Positions 1 through 8,589 of a DNA stretch of 64,000 bases are shown here, piece after piece. A model generated the notes under the pieces. The model had not been told where the DNA came from. It worked only from the letters and a program-made list of their open reading frames with translations, and made no database searches. Made by a program: the position numbers and the translations under genes. The stretch spans positions 131,409 to 195,408 of the forward strand of contig JACKGO010000001.1 of assembly GCA_020631975.1 (NCBI GenBank), read 5' to 3'. Positions within the stretch are counted from its first letter, which is position 1. Each line of letters begins with the position of its first letter. The stretch comes from Candidatus Nomurabacteria bacterium (GTDB lineage: Bacteria > Patescibacteriota > Saccharimonadia > Saccharimonadales > CAIOMD01).

Positions 1-535
1 CTATGCAGCCATTAAAACTCGTATTGCCGTTGTTTACACGAGCAGTAAAGAACATATGAAATTTTTCAGTTACATCATCGTAAAAAATAAATGGGTCGCG
101 CCATGCAGGTGGATTATCTATTTCGTTAAAATCGGTCTGGGGTGAATATCGGGAATCACCGGGTTCTAGCACAGGCCCTGGGACTTTTTGCCAATGGTAT
201 AGATCATCACTAATGGCAAGACCTATTGCTTGTTGCCACTGGTCACGTTTGTTTCTGCCCGTGTAAAACATGTACCATTTGTCTTTATGTTTAAACACAG
301 ACCCCGTCCATAGTGCTAAATCGTCCCAGTCACCTTCATTGCCTGGCTCCAGAACCGTATCTAGTTGTTCCCAATTTTTTAAGTCTTTAGATTTAGCATG
401 ACCTATAGAGGGGGTTGCATATCGAGTATCACCAATATCTGACTCTAAATAAAACGCATGGTACGTGCCATCTGAATCTATGGCGAACCACGTGTCCCAC
501 ATGTATTTACCGTATGGACTGTATTGTTTCTTCAT
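1..535 (-). CDS. Glycoside hydrolase family 32/68-like (beta-fructofuranosidase superfamily), N-terminal 178 aa; gene continues beyond the window edge
   Basis: Own translation from ATG at 535-533 is open to position 1: MKKQYSPYGKYMWDTWFAIDSDGTYHAFYLE..HAKSKDLKNWE..LWTGSVF..MFYTGRN..PPAWRDPFIFYD. The order of the WDTW, WTGS, FYTG and RDP blocks fits the GH-J clan. Absent from the ORF track because it is truncated. Confidence 0.6.
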   Translation of the reverse strand, partial: MKKQYSPYGKYMWDTWFAIDSDGTYHAFYLESDIGDTRYATPSIGHAKSKDLKNWEQLDTVLEPGNEGDWDDLALWTGSVFKHKDKWYMFYTGRNKRDQWQQAIGLAISDDLYHWQKVPGPVLEPGDSRYSPQTDFNEIDNPPAWRDPFIFYDDVTEKFHMFFTARVNNGNTSFNGCI

Positions 536-710
536 AACGTTGATTGATTATAGTTCATACTAAACAGAATATCCATACCAAATTACACATGCTATAAACC
601 TATTGTGTACCTACGTTTGCCAGCATGGGTCGTGTATTTATACGGTTTTAAATGCACTCACATGGATACGAGCCAATTAAACGCAGCCAAAAAAGTGGTA
701 CCATACATAT

Positions 711-1919
711 GTGGGAACGCAAAAACTAAAACGCGAACTCGGTTTACCTATTCTTACGCTGTATGGGCTCGGAAATATATTAGGTGCGGGAATATATGTG
801 CTCGTTGGCAAAGTTGCTGGCCAAGCTGGTACAAGCACTACCCTCGCCTTTTTGATTGCTATGAGTATCGCAGCAATAACAGCATTTTCTTACATGGAGC
901 TTTCGGGCAGATATCCAGTAAGTGCGAGTGCTTCTGTATACACGTTTAAGGCATTTGCCAGCAAACGCCTCTCTATGATTATTGGGGTAGCAATGGTACT
1001 AAGTGGTGTTGCCTCGGCGGCGGCACTTTCTAAAGGCTTTGCTGGGTACGTAAATGAACTTATCGCTATACCAGCGGTTGTCGTTAGCATACTACTCCTA
1101 GTGGCGATTGGTTTACTGGCTGTGCGCGGTATCGGCGAATCTGCTAAAGCAGCCGCACTATTTACTATTATTGAAGTCGTTGGTCTTTTAATCATTATAT
1201 ACATTGGCAAAGGTGCTATTGCTAATTATGATTACCATACAATATTGACTATTGATCCTTCCGTCGGTTGGGCCGGAGTAATGAGCGGCGCATTTTTGGC
1301 ATTTTATGCTTTTATTGGCTTTGAAGATATGGTGAATGTGTCTGAAGAAGCCAAGTCACCACGCCGTACGATGCCTCTTGCAGTCTTATTATCTCTGTTG
1401 GGTGCCACGGTACTATATATACTTGTCGTGATTGTCGCCACCACCTTGGTAAGTCCTAGTGAATTGGCTGCTACCAATGCCCCTCTCACTTTAGTGTTTC
1501 AAGCAGGTGGCTATTCTGCGTCAGAGATCATAACAATTATTGGTATGGCTGCAACGGTGAATGGAGTGGTAGTACAGATAGTAATGGGCAGTCGCATGCT
1601 ATATGGTATGGCAAAGCAAAAATGGATAAATCGGCGTTTTGCGAGTGTTCATAGCACATATCAAACGCCAGCTTTTGCTACCTTTGTGGTTGTCGGGCTC
1701 ATGATAATCGGCGTAATAGCCTTGCCTCTTGTCTCGCTCGCATCAGTAACAAGTATGCTCGTTTTAGCTATTTTTGCGACAGTTAATGCTGCCTTGATTG
1801 TGATTAAAAAACAACATCCTAAAAACCCTGGATACATTAGTGTGCCAATACTGCTGCCTTGGTTGGGAGTGATAAGCTGCGCGGGTATACTCGTCTATCA
1901 ACTTAGTACAATATTTTAA
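711..1919 (+). CDS. APC-superfamily amino acid permease
   Basis: 402-aa hydrophobic ORF. N-terminus KLKRELGLPILTLYGLGNILGAGIYVLVG matches the amino-acid permease signature. GTG start as in the ORF track. Confidence 0.8.
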   Translation: MGTQKLKRELGLPILTLYGLGNILGAGIYVLVGKVAGQAGTSTTLAFLIAMSIAAITAFSYMELSGRYPVSASASVYTFKAFASKRLSMIIGVAMVLSGVASAAALSKGFAGYVNELIAIPAVVVSILLLVAIGLLAVRGIGESAKAAALFTIIEVVGLLIIIYIGKGAIANYDYHTILTIDPSVGWAGVMSGAFLAFYAFIGFEDMVNVSEEAKSPRRTMPLAVLLSLLGATVLYILVVIVATTLVSPSELAATNAPLTLVFQAGGYSASEIITIIGMAATVNGVVVQIVMGSRMLYGMAKQKWINRRFASVHSTYQTPAFATFVVVGLMIIGVIALPLVSLASVTSMLVLAIFATVNAALIVIKKQHPKNPGYISVPILLPWLGVISCAGILVYQLSTIF

Positions 1920-1951
1920 TAATTCATTCATAGCATATATAGTGATAGGAT

Positions 1952-2662
1952 ATGAACGCAACCATTTTTGAAGAATTTTTGCAAAAAGTAGATCTTAATA
2001 AATATAGAATTAAGTACCAACCAATTAAGCTTGTAGAAATGGATATGCCACGCAATATACAAGCTTTAGACGCCTTGTATGAAGTGTACTGGACTCAACG
2101 GCGCGTGCTTGGTTTTGAAGATTTTTACGAATACTATAAAAACAGCTGCACTAAAGAAATAGAAGGCTTTAGGCAAAAAACAACAATGTGTTCGGAATGT
2201 TTTTACAGAGGTTTACCAGCCAGAATTTACCGTACGTGGGCAAGCATCATTACCCAGATACACGCTGGCTATGTAGCTGAACAAGTATTTGGGAGCGGTA
2301 GCGTGAGTATGTCAACTGAGCTAGATCACAAAGGTATAGATTTTTCAGCACAGGTAAATGGCACATACTTATATTATCAAGTTAAAAAAGCTACCCACAG
2401 CCGAGAAGTGCGAGTTTCTAAAAAAGTTGATAGCCAAAATATAGATATTATACTCATTGAATACGAAGTTCCTGGAGCCGCAGTCTTTGCAGCACCTTAT
2501 AAACGTGATGGTACGTATAAGGCTGCTTATTCGCGTTTTATACAAAATAAGTCAATCAAACGCTTGCCTAATGGTTTTGTTGTTTTTACTCCCTATATGT
2601 TTGAGCAAAAAAAAGCTGAGCTACTTGCTGGTGGCGGTGCCAGCTATAAAGCCTTCCGCTAA
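1952..2662 (+). CDS. Putative type II restriction endonuclease (PD-(D/E)XK-like), partner of the adjacent methyltransferase
   Basis: 236-aa ORF with no family I recognise. Segment STELDHKGIDFSAQVNGTYLYYQVKK has an E..D..(Q)xK spacing compatible with a PD-(D/E)XK core. It is convergent with the MTase gene and their 3' ends overlap by 42 bp. Confidence 0.4.
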   Translation: MNATIFEEFLQKVDLNKYRIKYQPIKLVEMDMPRNIQALDALYEVYWTQRRVLGFEDFYEYYKNSCTKEIEGFRQKTTMCSECFYRGLPARIYRTWASIITQIHAGYVAEQVFGSGSVSMSTELDHKGIDFSAQVNGTYLYYQVKKATHSREVRVSKKVDSQNIDIILIEYEVPGAAVFAAPYKRDGTYKAAYSRFIQNKSIKRLPNGFVVFTPYMFEQKKAELLAGGGASYKAFR

Positions 2663-4153
2663 TACGGCATATTCAGGATTAAGCTCGTAGCCTATGAAGT
2701 CAAAACCTAGCTGCTTAGCGACATAGCATTCAGAACCAGACCCAACAAATGGCACCAGCACTAAGCCGCCGTCTTTTGGCATTGCAGATAACAATAATCG
2801 TTTAGTAAGTTCTATTGGTTTTTGTGTTGGATGTTTTAGGTAATCATGTTCACGATGTTGTGTAAAAACTTGAGGCGTAAACACTGTGCTGTTGCATGTT
2901 CTGCATATGAACCATCGTTCGCTCATGCCTGCTCCACCTGCAAGTGCTGGTATTTTAATAACATCACGTGGTAATGCTCCAGATTCATGTGCATTATAGG
3001 TGGTAGGCTCTCCCCCGCCTTTGCTGAACCGGCCTTTTGTGTTTTTTCTTACTTTACCGGCAGCACCTTTTAAGAAACCTTCGGTATACGGTTCACGTAC
3101 AGCATCTCTGTTAAATAACGGTTTATTTTTATAGGCGACAATGATAGATTCGTGACTGCGTTGCCAAAAATGTAGTGAGGCGACATTTTTATTTGTGTAG
3201 TGCCATACCAACCACCGCTTAGGTAGTGTGAGCTCTACAGAAATATGTGCGAGTATTTCGCTGAATCCATATATAAACATCGTACCGTGTGGCTTCAGTA
3301 CGCGCTCTGCTTGGAAAAGCCACTCTTTGCACCACGCTATATAATCAGCTAATTCGCGGTTGTCGCTATTATTGCCAAAGTCTTTGCCTATGTTGTATGG
3401 CGGATCTATGAGGACGACGTCACACGAAGCATCTGGTAGTTTAGTCATTTCTTGCACGGCATCCCCAACGATAATTTTATTTTTTTCTATGTTACTAGGC
3501 GTATGTGCTACTGCGGTTTTTTTATTAAGTTGCTTGAGTTTTTTGTGGGGTGCTTTGATCACAGATGCGACCGTGCCTTGAATGCTTAGGCTTTGACTTG
3601 GCAATACATAGATTGGTTCGTACTTATTGTTAGAGGGCTGCAACCGGACACGACCCGGCTCCTGGTAGAATCGCTTTAGCGTTACGTAATCGTTATCTAT
3701 CAAAGCAACGACTCTTTCTCCATTTTTTGGTGTTATGTTTTGTCGCACAATCACAACGTCATTATCATGAATATTATCGTCAACCATACTGCTACCTTTG
3801 ACACGGAGCGCAAATAGGTTTTTGCTGTCTTTTGCTTTTATACTAGACGCGGGTATGGTGAATAATTCTTGTTGGCTTACAGCACGAATCGGCTTACCAG
3901 CAGAAATCTCACCTAGTAACGGAACATGAATATATTGCGTTTCTGTTTCTGGAAAAATACTGCGGGTAGAATATGGACCTTTAGATATCTTTCCTTGTTG
4001 CTGGAGTTTGTTTAGATGGTAATGAATAACAGATGGTGAAGCTATGCGAAATTTAGCTCCAATTTCTTTGTATGATGGGCTGTAGCCTTCTTGTTTATGA
4101 TAGGCTTTAATAAACGCTAAGATATCATCTGTTTTTGTACTCATTACAGACAT
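2621..4153 (-). CDS. LexA-like repressor (wHTH + S24 peptidase) fused to beta-class N6/N4 DNA methyltransferase
   Basis: Start taken at the first ATG (4153); ATG at 4144 is an alternative. Residues 1-200 resemble LexA: wHTH SPSYKEIGAKFRIASPSVIHYHLNKLQQQG, GEISAGKP (Ala85-Gly86), KGSSM (Ser122), VTLKRF (Lys160), IQGTVASVIK. Residues from about 230 form the MTase: DVVLIDPPYN (motif IV), HPTQKP, VPFVGSGSE (motif I). Confidence 0.85.
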   Translation of the reverse strand: MSVMSTKTDDILAFIKAYHKQEGYSPSYKEIGAKFRIASPSVIHYHLNKLQQQGKISKGPYSTRSIFPETETQYIHVPLLGEISAGKPIRAVSQQELFTIPASSIKAKDSKNLFALRVKGSSMVDDNIHDNDVVIVRQNITPKNGERVVALIDNDYVTLKRFYQEPGRVRLQPSNNKYEPIYVLPSQSLSIQGTVASVIKAPHKKLKQLNKKTAVAHTPSNIEKNKIIVGDAVQEMTKLPDASCDVVLIDPPYNIGKDFGNNSDNRELADYIAWCKEWLFQAERVLKPHGTMFIYGFSEILAHISVELTLPKRWLVWHYTNKNVASLHFWQRSHESIIVAYKNKPLFNRDAVREPYTEGFLKGAAGKVRKNTKGRFSKGGGEPTTYNAHESGALPRDVIKIPALAGGAGMSERWFICRTCNSTVFTPQVFTQHREHDYLKHPTQKPIELTKRLLLSAMPKDGGLVLVPFVGSGSECYVAKQLGFDFIGYELNPEYAVLAEGFIAGTATSK

Positions 4154-4180
4154 TATATATAGAAAAAAATTAGAAAACAA
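4152..4180 (-). promoter_or_regulatory. Sigma-70-like promoter of the LexA-MTase gene, possibly giving a leaderless mRNA
   Basis: Minus strand reads TTGTTT (4180-4175), a 17-nt spacer, then TATAAT (4157-4152). The -10 overlaps ATG 4153. ATG 4144 lies about 7 nt downstream of the -10, where transcription would start. Confidence 0.45.
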
Positions 4181-4246
4181 CACGTGCGTACGGTCTAATA
4201 TACGATAACAAAGCAGGCTGTATAAGCAATAGGCTATAATATCATC

Positions 4247-4900
4247 ATGATACAGGCAGTAATATTCGATATGGACGGTTTGCTTATAGACAGTGAGCCT
4301 ATGTGGAAAGAATCTGAAGTAAAAATATTTACTCAATATGGGGTACCATTAACGTACGCGATGACCAAGCAAACGATGGGTTTGAGAACAGAAGATGTAG
4401 TAAATTATTGGTATCATCGGTACCCTTGGGCTGCTACGCCGAAAAACGTTGTAGTAAGACAAATTGATCAACTTGTTTTAGATATTATTCAGGAGAAAGC
4501 GAAGCCAATGATGGGTGTAATTGACGTACTAAATAGTTGCAAACAAGCCGGTTTACAGATGGCTGTTGCTTCTTCTTCATCTTTAGAAATAATTCATACT
4601 GTATTAGAAAAATTAAAAATTCTTACTTATATAGATGTGATACACTCAGCGCAAAATGAAGAACACGGTAAGCCTCACCCAGCAGTATTTATGACAGCTG
4701 CCGATCAGATGGGTGTTCCAATACACTCTTGTGTCGTGTTTGAAGACTCTATCACAGGTGTAATTGCAGCAAAAGCTGCCGGTATGGTATGTATAGCTGT
4801 GCCTCAGCATAGCGATAAAGAGGATGGTAGATATGCAATTGCAGATATTGTTATACCATCTCTAAAACAGTTTCGTTTAGATATGATAATGGCTAATTAG
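4247..4900 (+). CDS. HAD-IA family sugar/hexitol phosphatase (YniC/HxpB-like)
   Basis: MIQAVIFDMDGLLIDSEPMW carries the DxDG HAD motif I. HGKPHP and FEDSITGVIAAKAAGM motifs follow. Overall resemblance to E. coli YniC as I remember it. Confidence 0.8.
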   Translation: MIQAVIFDMDGLLIDSEPMWKESEVKIFTQYGVPLTYAMTKQTMGLRTEDVVNYWYHRYPWAATPKNVVVRQIDQLVLDIIQEKAKPMMGVIDVLNSCKQAGLQMAVASSSSLEIIHTVLEKLKILTYIDVIHSAQNEEHGKPHPAVFMTAADQMGVPIHSCVVFEDSITGVIAAKAAGMVCIAVPQHSDKEDGRYAIADIVIPSLKQFRLDMIMAN

Positions 4901-4966
4901 GTACGCTCGTTAGATACATTACTTAAAAAAGTGTATATATAAACATGAGTATTTTGTGCCATACTT

Positions 4967-6142
4967 ATGATAGTGAAAAAATACATATCTTTAGTAGCAG
5001 CAATAATTGTGCAAATTGCACTTGGTGGAATATATGCATACAGCATTTACGTACCAGAGTTAAAAAGTGATTGGGGTTTTACGGCTGCCCAAACCCAAAT
5101 AGTGTTTGGGCTTACCGTATTTATGTTTACCGTATTTATGATTTACGGTGGCAAGCAGTTAGTTAAAAAAGGCCCAAAAAAGTTAATAATTACCAGTGCT
5201 ATACTATTTGCAACTGGTAATCTGTTGGCTGCCTATAGTGCTGGTAATTACACATTGTTTTTTGTTGGCTACGTGTTATTTATTGCACCAGCTATTGCTT
5301 TTGGCTACGTGAGTGCTGTTTCTACAGGCTTGCTGTGGTTTCCAAAACACAAAGGCTTAGTTACCGGTCTTGCGGTAGCAGGCTATGGTCTGGGTGGTAT
5401 CATTTTAAGTACAGTTGCCCAAGTGCTTATAAGCAGTGATATGACAATACAACAGATATTTGTTTTTGTTGGTTTAGTGTGGGGTGGTGCGATATTGGTT
5501 AGCGGTATAGTTACGAGTACACCACCAGGTTTAATAAAAAAATCATACACTGTAAAGACGGCAACACGAATCAAACGCAATAAAAAAGAATTTGCAGCCC
5601 TGACAATATATTTATTTACTGGCACGATGCCAGGGCTGATGATGATTGGTGCGCTAAAACCATTTGCGCTTGATAGCGGCATTGCTACAGTGACCGCTGC
5701 AGCTGGGGTTGCTGTACTATCATTTGGTAATGGTTTTGGAAGAGTATTATGGGGAGCCATAGCCGACGTTATAAAGCCACGACTTGCGGTTATTATTAAT
5801 ATGATCCTTATAATTTCTAGTATGCTTCTACTGTTTGCTGTTGCCTCTAACCCTTGGTTATATATCCCAGCTAGCTTGTTGTTAGGCTTTAGTTTTGGTG
5901 GTCCACTTGTTCTCGCTCCAGACCAAACTGGGCGAGTATTCGGTGCAAGTAACTTAAGCCAAATATACCCTTGGGCTCTTATCTTTCATGGTATGGCAGC
6001 CGCCGTAGGGGCATCTGTAGCTGGAGTAATGTATCAATATAGCGGGAGTTATACTATGGTTATTGGTGTAGCCGCCATTAGTGCAACAATAGGGCTTATA
6101 TGCTATTACAACTTGGTTAAGTATTCACGCAAATTAGTCTAG
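4967..6142 (+). CDS. MFS transporter (oxalate/formate antiporter-like)
   Basis: 391-aa ORF with about 12 hydrophobic segments. N-terminus IVQIALGGIYAYSIY is typical of OFA-type MFS proteins. Confidence 0.7.
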   Translation: MIVKKYISLVAAIIVQIALGGIYAYSIYVPELKSDWGFTAAQTQIVFGLTVFMFTVFMIYGGKQLVKKGPKKLIITSAILFATGNLLAAYSAGNYTLFFVGYVLFIAPAIAFGYVSAVSTGLLWFPKHKGLVTGLAVAGYGLGGIILSTVAQVLISSDMTIQQIFVFVGLVWGGAILVSGIVTSTPPGLIKKSYTVKTATRIKRNKKEFAALTIYLFTGTMPGLMMIGALKPFALDSGIATVTAAAGVAVLSFGNGFGRVLWGAIADVIKPRLAVIINMILIISSMLLLFAVASNPWLYIPASLLLGFSFGGPLVLAPDQTGRVFGASNLSQIYPWALIFHGMAAAVGASVAGVMYQYSGSYTMVIGVAAISATIGLICYYNLVKYSRKLV

Positions 6143-6255
6143 ATATCACACATACTAGTTGTCATGAGCAATCTAAAGTGTCTACGTGAAAGATATTAAT
6201 TGACTTATTACGTTTGTTTGGTAGTATAAAAAGGTATCACCATGATCAGGCAGGC

Positions 6256-6783
6256 CTAAGGTTTCGACCGACCGCTACTCCTGGTCTTTTTTGTATATTG
6301 CAACATGTTGCGTAACTGATTAATCCTTACAATAAACGTTGTGTACTTTCGCAGTAACTTAGAGTATTTATCGTTTGGAACCATAACATGGAGAAGTTTT
6401 TCTTTTTGCTCTAAGTATTCTATTAAGCAGTAAAAATCACCATCACCAGATACAATGATGGCTTTGTCGTATAGATTGTATACTTTCGCCGCAGCGTACA
6501 ACACGAGTTCGGCGTCTACATTCCCCTTTACCGTCACTACTTCGTCTACAGTATATTCTGTCGTTGGCTTTAATATAAGCTCATAGCCCATTTCATGCAA
6601 ATTTTCATACAATAATTCATTGCCCTCTACCTGACCAATAAATAAATACGCACGTTTGACGTTATATTTATTCTTTAAATACAAACGAAATTTTCTAAAA
6701 TCTAAATCCCACCCAGCACTTTTCACACCGAGATTAAGGTTTTGACTGTCTATAAATGCGTAATTATGGTCCGTACTTGCCAT
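6256..6783 (-). CDS. NYN (LabA/DUF88-like) domain protein, predicted RNase fold
   Basis: YAFIDSQNLNLG, GNVDAELVLYAA and IIVSGDGDFYCLIEYL match the acidic-residue pattern of NYN/PIN-like domains. Confidence 0.7.
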   Translation of the reverse strand: MASTDHNYAFIDSQNLNLGVKSAGWDLDFRKFRLYLKNKYNVKRAYLFIGQVEGNELLYENLHEMGYELILKPTTEYTVDEVVTVKGNVDAELVLYAAAKVYNLYDKAIIVSGDGDFYCLIEYLEQKEKLLHVMVPNDKYSKLLRKYTTFIVRINQLRNMLQYTKKTRSSGRSKP

Positions 6784-6848
6784 TACTCCTTATAGTACGC
6801 TCCTGTTTTGATATTTGCACGCATCATGCGCAAATGTTTTATAGAAAA

Positions 6849-8378
6849 TCAGGCATCAAATATATCTTCACCTAAATGTTTTTGAAGGCGTATTTTTATA
6901 GATCCTTCGTGCCTCCCTAAAGCTTTGCTTAGTTGCGGTATTGATAGTCCATCGCTAAACTGCGTCACTAGTTTTTTATCGTCAGCCTCTGACCATGGCT
7001 TGTAGGCGTTAGGGTGTGTAATACGCATCTTTGCTAATTTGTCTGCCCAGCTACCTTGTTGTTTCTTGGTAAGTATCTCGGTTTTAAGCGGCTTCGTCTT
7101 ACCCCATTCGTTTATGTGATGCTGGTATTCTTGAATTGCCTGTTTGCTTTTTAAACGGAGTTCTTCATCGAGTTGTTTTGCAACGGGGCTTACTTTAAGC
7201 GCCATGCCATTAATTCCCAGCAATGACAACGTATCAATACTTTTTACGCGCGATAAAGCAACGTAGCCCATACCTTCTACAAATGCTTTGCTAAGATCTA
7301 TAGTTGCGGCATCTAACGTCATGCCTTGGCTTTTGTGGACAGTTATCGCCCATGCCAAACGTAGGGGAATTTGTGTCGCCGTAGCTCTTATTTTATCTCC
7401 ATCTATAAGCTCCCAGGATTCTGGTTTAATAACGATTTTTTTACCACTATTAAGCGCAACTATTGGGTAGTTTGTGGTATCTTCAAAACCAACAACGACG
7501 CCTAAACTTCCATTGACATATTTCTTGTCTGGGCTATTTTTAATACACATAACTTGAGCATTAATTTTTAATGTTAAAGTAGGCATGGCAAGGCAAGACT
7601 TAAGTAGTTGCTCTTTGTACTTTTTGCTGCCAGTTAAGAGCATTTCATATGTAGCTGCTTTGGTGTTAAGGGTCGCGAGGTGCTGTTGATTAATACTGTC
7701 GGTATCTACATTTGTTGTAAGTAGTTTTGTTACAGCTAAGGTTGCATCTAGCGTGGTATTTTGTTTATCTAGTAACTTTGTAAGTTGGCTACGGTTGAGT
7801 ACCCCTGCCCGTATACCATTTAAAATATCAGTGTAAACTTGGTCATCTTTTTGACGATACTGTTCTACAAGATAACACACGCTAAATATACCATCGTGCC
7901 ATAATGAAGATTGTGTTATAAACCCCCCGTGTGGCTCATCTGCACGATTAACGGGTGGTAGTTGATAAAAATCACCACATAAAATAACTTGTAAACCGCC
8001 GAATGGTGCGTCATTTTGGCGGACGTGTTTACAAACAGTATCGATCATTTCTAGACGATAGTCGTGCAGCATGCTGATTTCATCAATTATTAATATGTCC
8101 GTATTTTTAATTATTTTTTTACGACTATCTGGCATTTTTTTTAACATGTCTGGATGCACTTGATGCTTGATACCTATGCCAGCCCATGAATGAATTGTAT
8201 TACCATTCAGATGAGTCGCGGCAAGCCCTGTCGTGGCTGTGACAGAAACTAATTTACCTGAGGCACGGGCATGCCTAATAAAGACATTCAGTGTATGTGT
8301 TTTGCCTGTACCTGCAGCACCGGTAAGAAGTACCGACGCACCAGAATCCATAATCGCGAGTGCTTCTTGTTGTGTCAA
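6849..8378 (-). CDS. PIF1/RecD-like SF1 DNA helicase with C-terminal Myb/SANT-like HTH
   Basis: Walker A LLTGAAGTGKTHTL, Walker B LIIDEISML, GDFYQLPPV and ITVHKSQGMTLD. C-terminus KPWSEADDKKLVTQFSDGLSIPQLSKALGRHEGSIKIRL. Confidence 0.8.
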   Translation of the reverse strand: MTQQEALAIMDSGASVLLTGAAGTGKTHTLNVFIRHARASGKLVSVTATTGLAATHLNGNTIHSWAGIGIKHQVHPDMLKKMPDSRKKIIKNTDILIIDEISMLHDYRLEMIDTVCKHVRQNDAPFGGLQVILCGDFYQLPPVNRADEPHGGFITQSSLWHDGIFSVCYLVEQYRQKDDQVYTDILNGIRAGVLNRSQLTKLLDKQNTTLDATLAVTKLLTTNVDTDSINQQHLATLNTKAATYEMLLTGSKKYKEQLLKSCLAMPTLTLKINAQVMCIKNSPDKKYVNGSLGVVVGFEDTTNYPIVALNSGKKIVIKPESWELIDGDKIRATATQIPLRLAWAITVHKSQGMTLDAATIDLSKAFVEGMGYVALSRVKSIDTLSLLGINGMALKVSPVAKQLDEELRLKSKQAIQEYQHHINEWGKTKPLKTEILTKKQQGSWADKLAKMRITHPNAYKPWSEADDKKLVTQFSDGLSIPQLSKALGRHEGSIKIRLQKHLGEDIFDA

Positions 8379-8589
8379 AAGGAGCCTGCCTTTTCACCTA
8401 CCCAATATATTGTCGTGTTGGGCATGTATAACATTCTGTTGTGTATTGTATTCACATACTCTATTCTAGCTGCAAACTAAGGCGACTACTAATTAATCTG
8501 GGTGTATAAGAGCTATACGTTTCGTTCGTAGCCTCGTAGTACGCTATACTTATACACAGACAATCAAGACCAAACCAAAGCGGAGACAT

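Noticed and set aside
605-949. 114-aa ORF overlapping the start of the permease gene
   Set aside because: It is in a different frame from a strongly supported APC permease, and its composition looks like nonsense.
4218-4233. CTGTATAAGCAATAGG as an E. coli-type SOS box
   Set aside because: Only the CTGT half-site matches; the ACAG half is missing.
4154-4336. 61-codon N-terminal extension of the LexA-MTase ORF in the track (TTG at 4336)
   Set aside because: The extension (MSKYFYFRFF..) is low-complexity and AT-driven. It overlaps the HAD gene start and the promoter elements, and LexA homology begins right at the ATG pair 4153/4144.
6200-6300. Plus-strand promoter-like TTGACT, 16 nt, TAGTAT pointing into the 3' end of the NYN gene (possible antisense RNA)
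   Set aside because: This is a single AT-rich match with only a weak downstream hairpin (GACC..GGTC plus T6). It cannot be distinguished from chance.
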